From an uncultured bacterium (lineage in GTDB: Bacteria; Armatimonadota; Abditibacteriia; Abditibacteriales; Abditibacteriaceae), in the NCBI GenBank assembly GCA_963843795.1, contig CAWJLW010000006.1, forward strand, positions 3,298,375 to 3,362,374: DNA of 64,000 nt, read 5' to 3'. Position 1 is the first letter of the stretch, and each line of letters starts with the position of its first letter. The notes beneath the pieces were generated by a model, which worked only from the letters and a program-made list of their open reading frames with translations, was not told where the DNA came from and ran no database searches. Positions 63,033 through 64,000 of this stretch are shown here, piece by piece. A program made the translations under genes and the position numbers.

Positions 63033-64000
63033 ATGGCAACGGCTTCCCGACAATTCGATGACAGCGACGCGATGCAGCTCGCGTGGCTGCGTTTGTCTTT
63101 CGTCGCTCTGCCTGCCGGACGTTGCCGTCGCGTGCTGGAGCGTTGGGAAACGCCGCTCGATTTGTTGCAGGCCGCTCACCGCGGATACGAAGCCGAATTG
63201 CTCGAAACTCAAGGATTAACACCGCGCACCGTTGACTTGCTGCGCCAGAACGCGGCGCGCGACCTGACGCCCGCTTTGCAGGCCATCGAAAAAAATCAAT
63301 TGTGGCTGCTTCTGGATTCGCACGAAGATTATCCCGCTGCCCTGCGCGCCATTCCCGACCCACCGCTTTATCTGTGGATGCGCGGCGAAATCGGTCGCGC
63401 CGATGATATGGGCATCGCTATCGTCGGCACGCGCGGCCCCACCGAATACGGCAAAGGCATGGCAATCAAGTTCGCTGGCGATCTGGCGCGGCGCGGTCTG
63501 ACAGTGATTTCGGGTCTAGCTCGCGGCATCGATACCGCCGCACACAAAGGCGCGCTCGCTGCAGGTGGTCGCACGCTCGCGTGTTGCGGCTGCGGTTTGG
63601 ACATCGCGTATCCCAAAGAAAATCGTGGGCTCATGGACGAAGTCTGCGAAAATGGCGCGTGTATCTCCGAATTTGCGCCGACGGTGCATCCCGAACCGTG
63701 GCACTTTCCCGCCCGCAATCGCATCATCAGTGGCCTCAGTCTGGGCACACTCGTCGTCGAGGCTGCACTGCGTTCGGGCGCTTTGCTGACTGCCAACAGC
63801 GCGCTTGAGCAAGGACGTGAAGTTTTCGCGGTTCCGGGCAACGTGCTGAAATCGCAAAGTCGCGGGCCGCACGGATTGATTAAACAAGGCGCCGCGTTGG
63901 TGGAAAACGCCGAAGACATTGTAGAGATTTTGCAGTCGCGCACGTTGCCCTTCGACCGCGATGTGGCACTGGTTTTGAACGAGGTGGGCGACGAGAGCGC
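63033..64000 (+). CDS. dprA: DNA-processing protein DprA/Smf, runs off the window end
   Basis: Hand translation: YPAALRAIPDPPLYLWMRG...IAIVGTR...VISGLARGID...HFPARNRIISG...SGALLTA...GREVFAVPG. Confidence 0.95.
   Translation, partial: MATASRQFDDSDAMQLAWLRLSFVALPAGRCRRVLERWETPLDLLQAAHRGYEAELLETQGLTPRTVDLLRQNAARDLTPALQAIEKNQLWLLLDSHEDYPAALRAIPDPPLYLWMRGEIGRADDMGIAIVGTRGPTEYGKGMAIKFAGDLARRGLTVISGLARGIDTAAHKGALAAGGRTLACCGCGLDIAYPKENRGLMDEVCENGACISEFAPTVHPEPWHFPARNRIISGLSLGTLVVEAALRSGALLTANSALEQGREVFAVPGNVLKSQSRGPHGLIKQGAALVENAEDIVEILQSRTLPFDRDVALVLNEVGDES

Overview
Bacterial chromosome segment of moderately high GC. The DUF1559/H-X9-DG prepilin-like genes suggest Armatimonadota/Abditibacteriota (inference only). 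It holds a sulfonate/nitrate-type ABC transporter, an anti-sigma/RseB-like pair, aroE, a Sak4-like AAA ATPase, the sucA-sucB-lpdA-lipoate ligase cluster, trpS, alr, a LacI/sugar-ABC/glycoside hydrolase locus with two DUF1559 genes, the yceD-rpmF-plsX-fabH-fabD-fabG-acpP-fabF-rnc cluster and dprA. The dominant unexplained signal is a highly iterated palindrome, (T)GCAAGTACTTGC(A). I count about 45 exact 12-mer copies by eye (about 1 per 1.4 kb), plus degenerate ones. It sits in many intergenic spacers as the invariant tip of hairpins with variable, covarying arms. It also sits inside about 13 coding positions in all three frames (QVLA, KYLQ, ASTC), like cyanobacterial HIP1 or a DNA-uptake sequence. 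The longest perfect copy (44 bp) lies just upstream of dprA. Three of the four frameshifts in the window (fabH, sucA, GH106) are +1 insertions at GTAC or motif sites, which hints that the motif is chemically modified and miscalled. A sigma70 promoter and a Cys/Met-rich leader peptide precede the sulfonate-type transporter (candidate sulfur-sensing attenuator).
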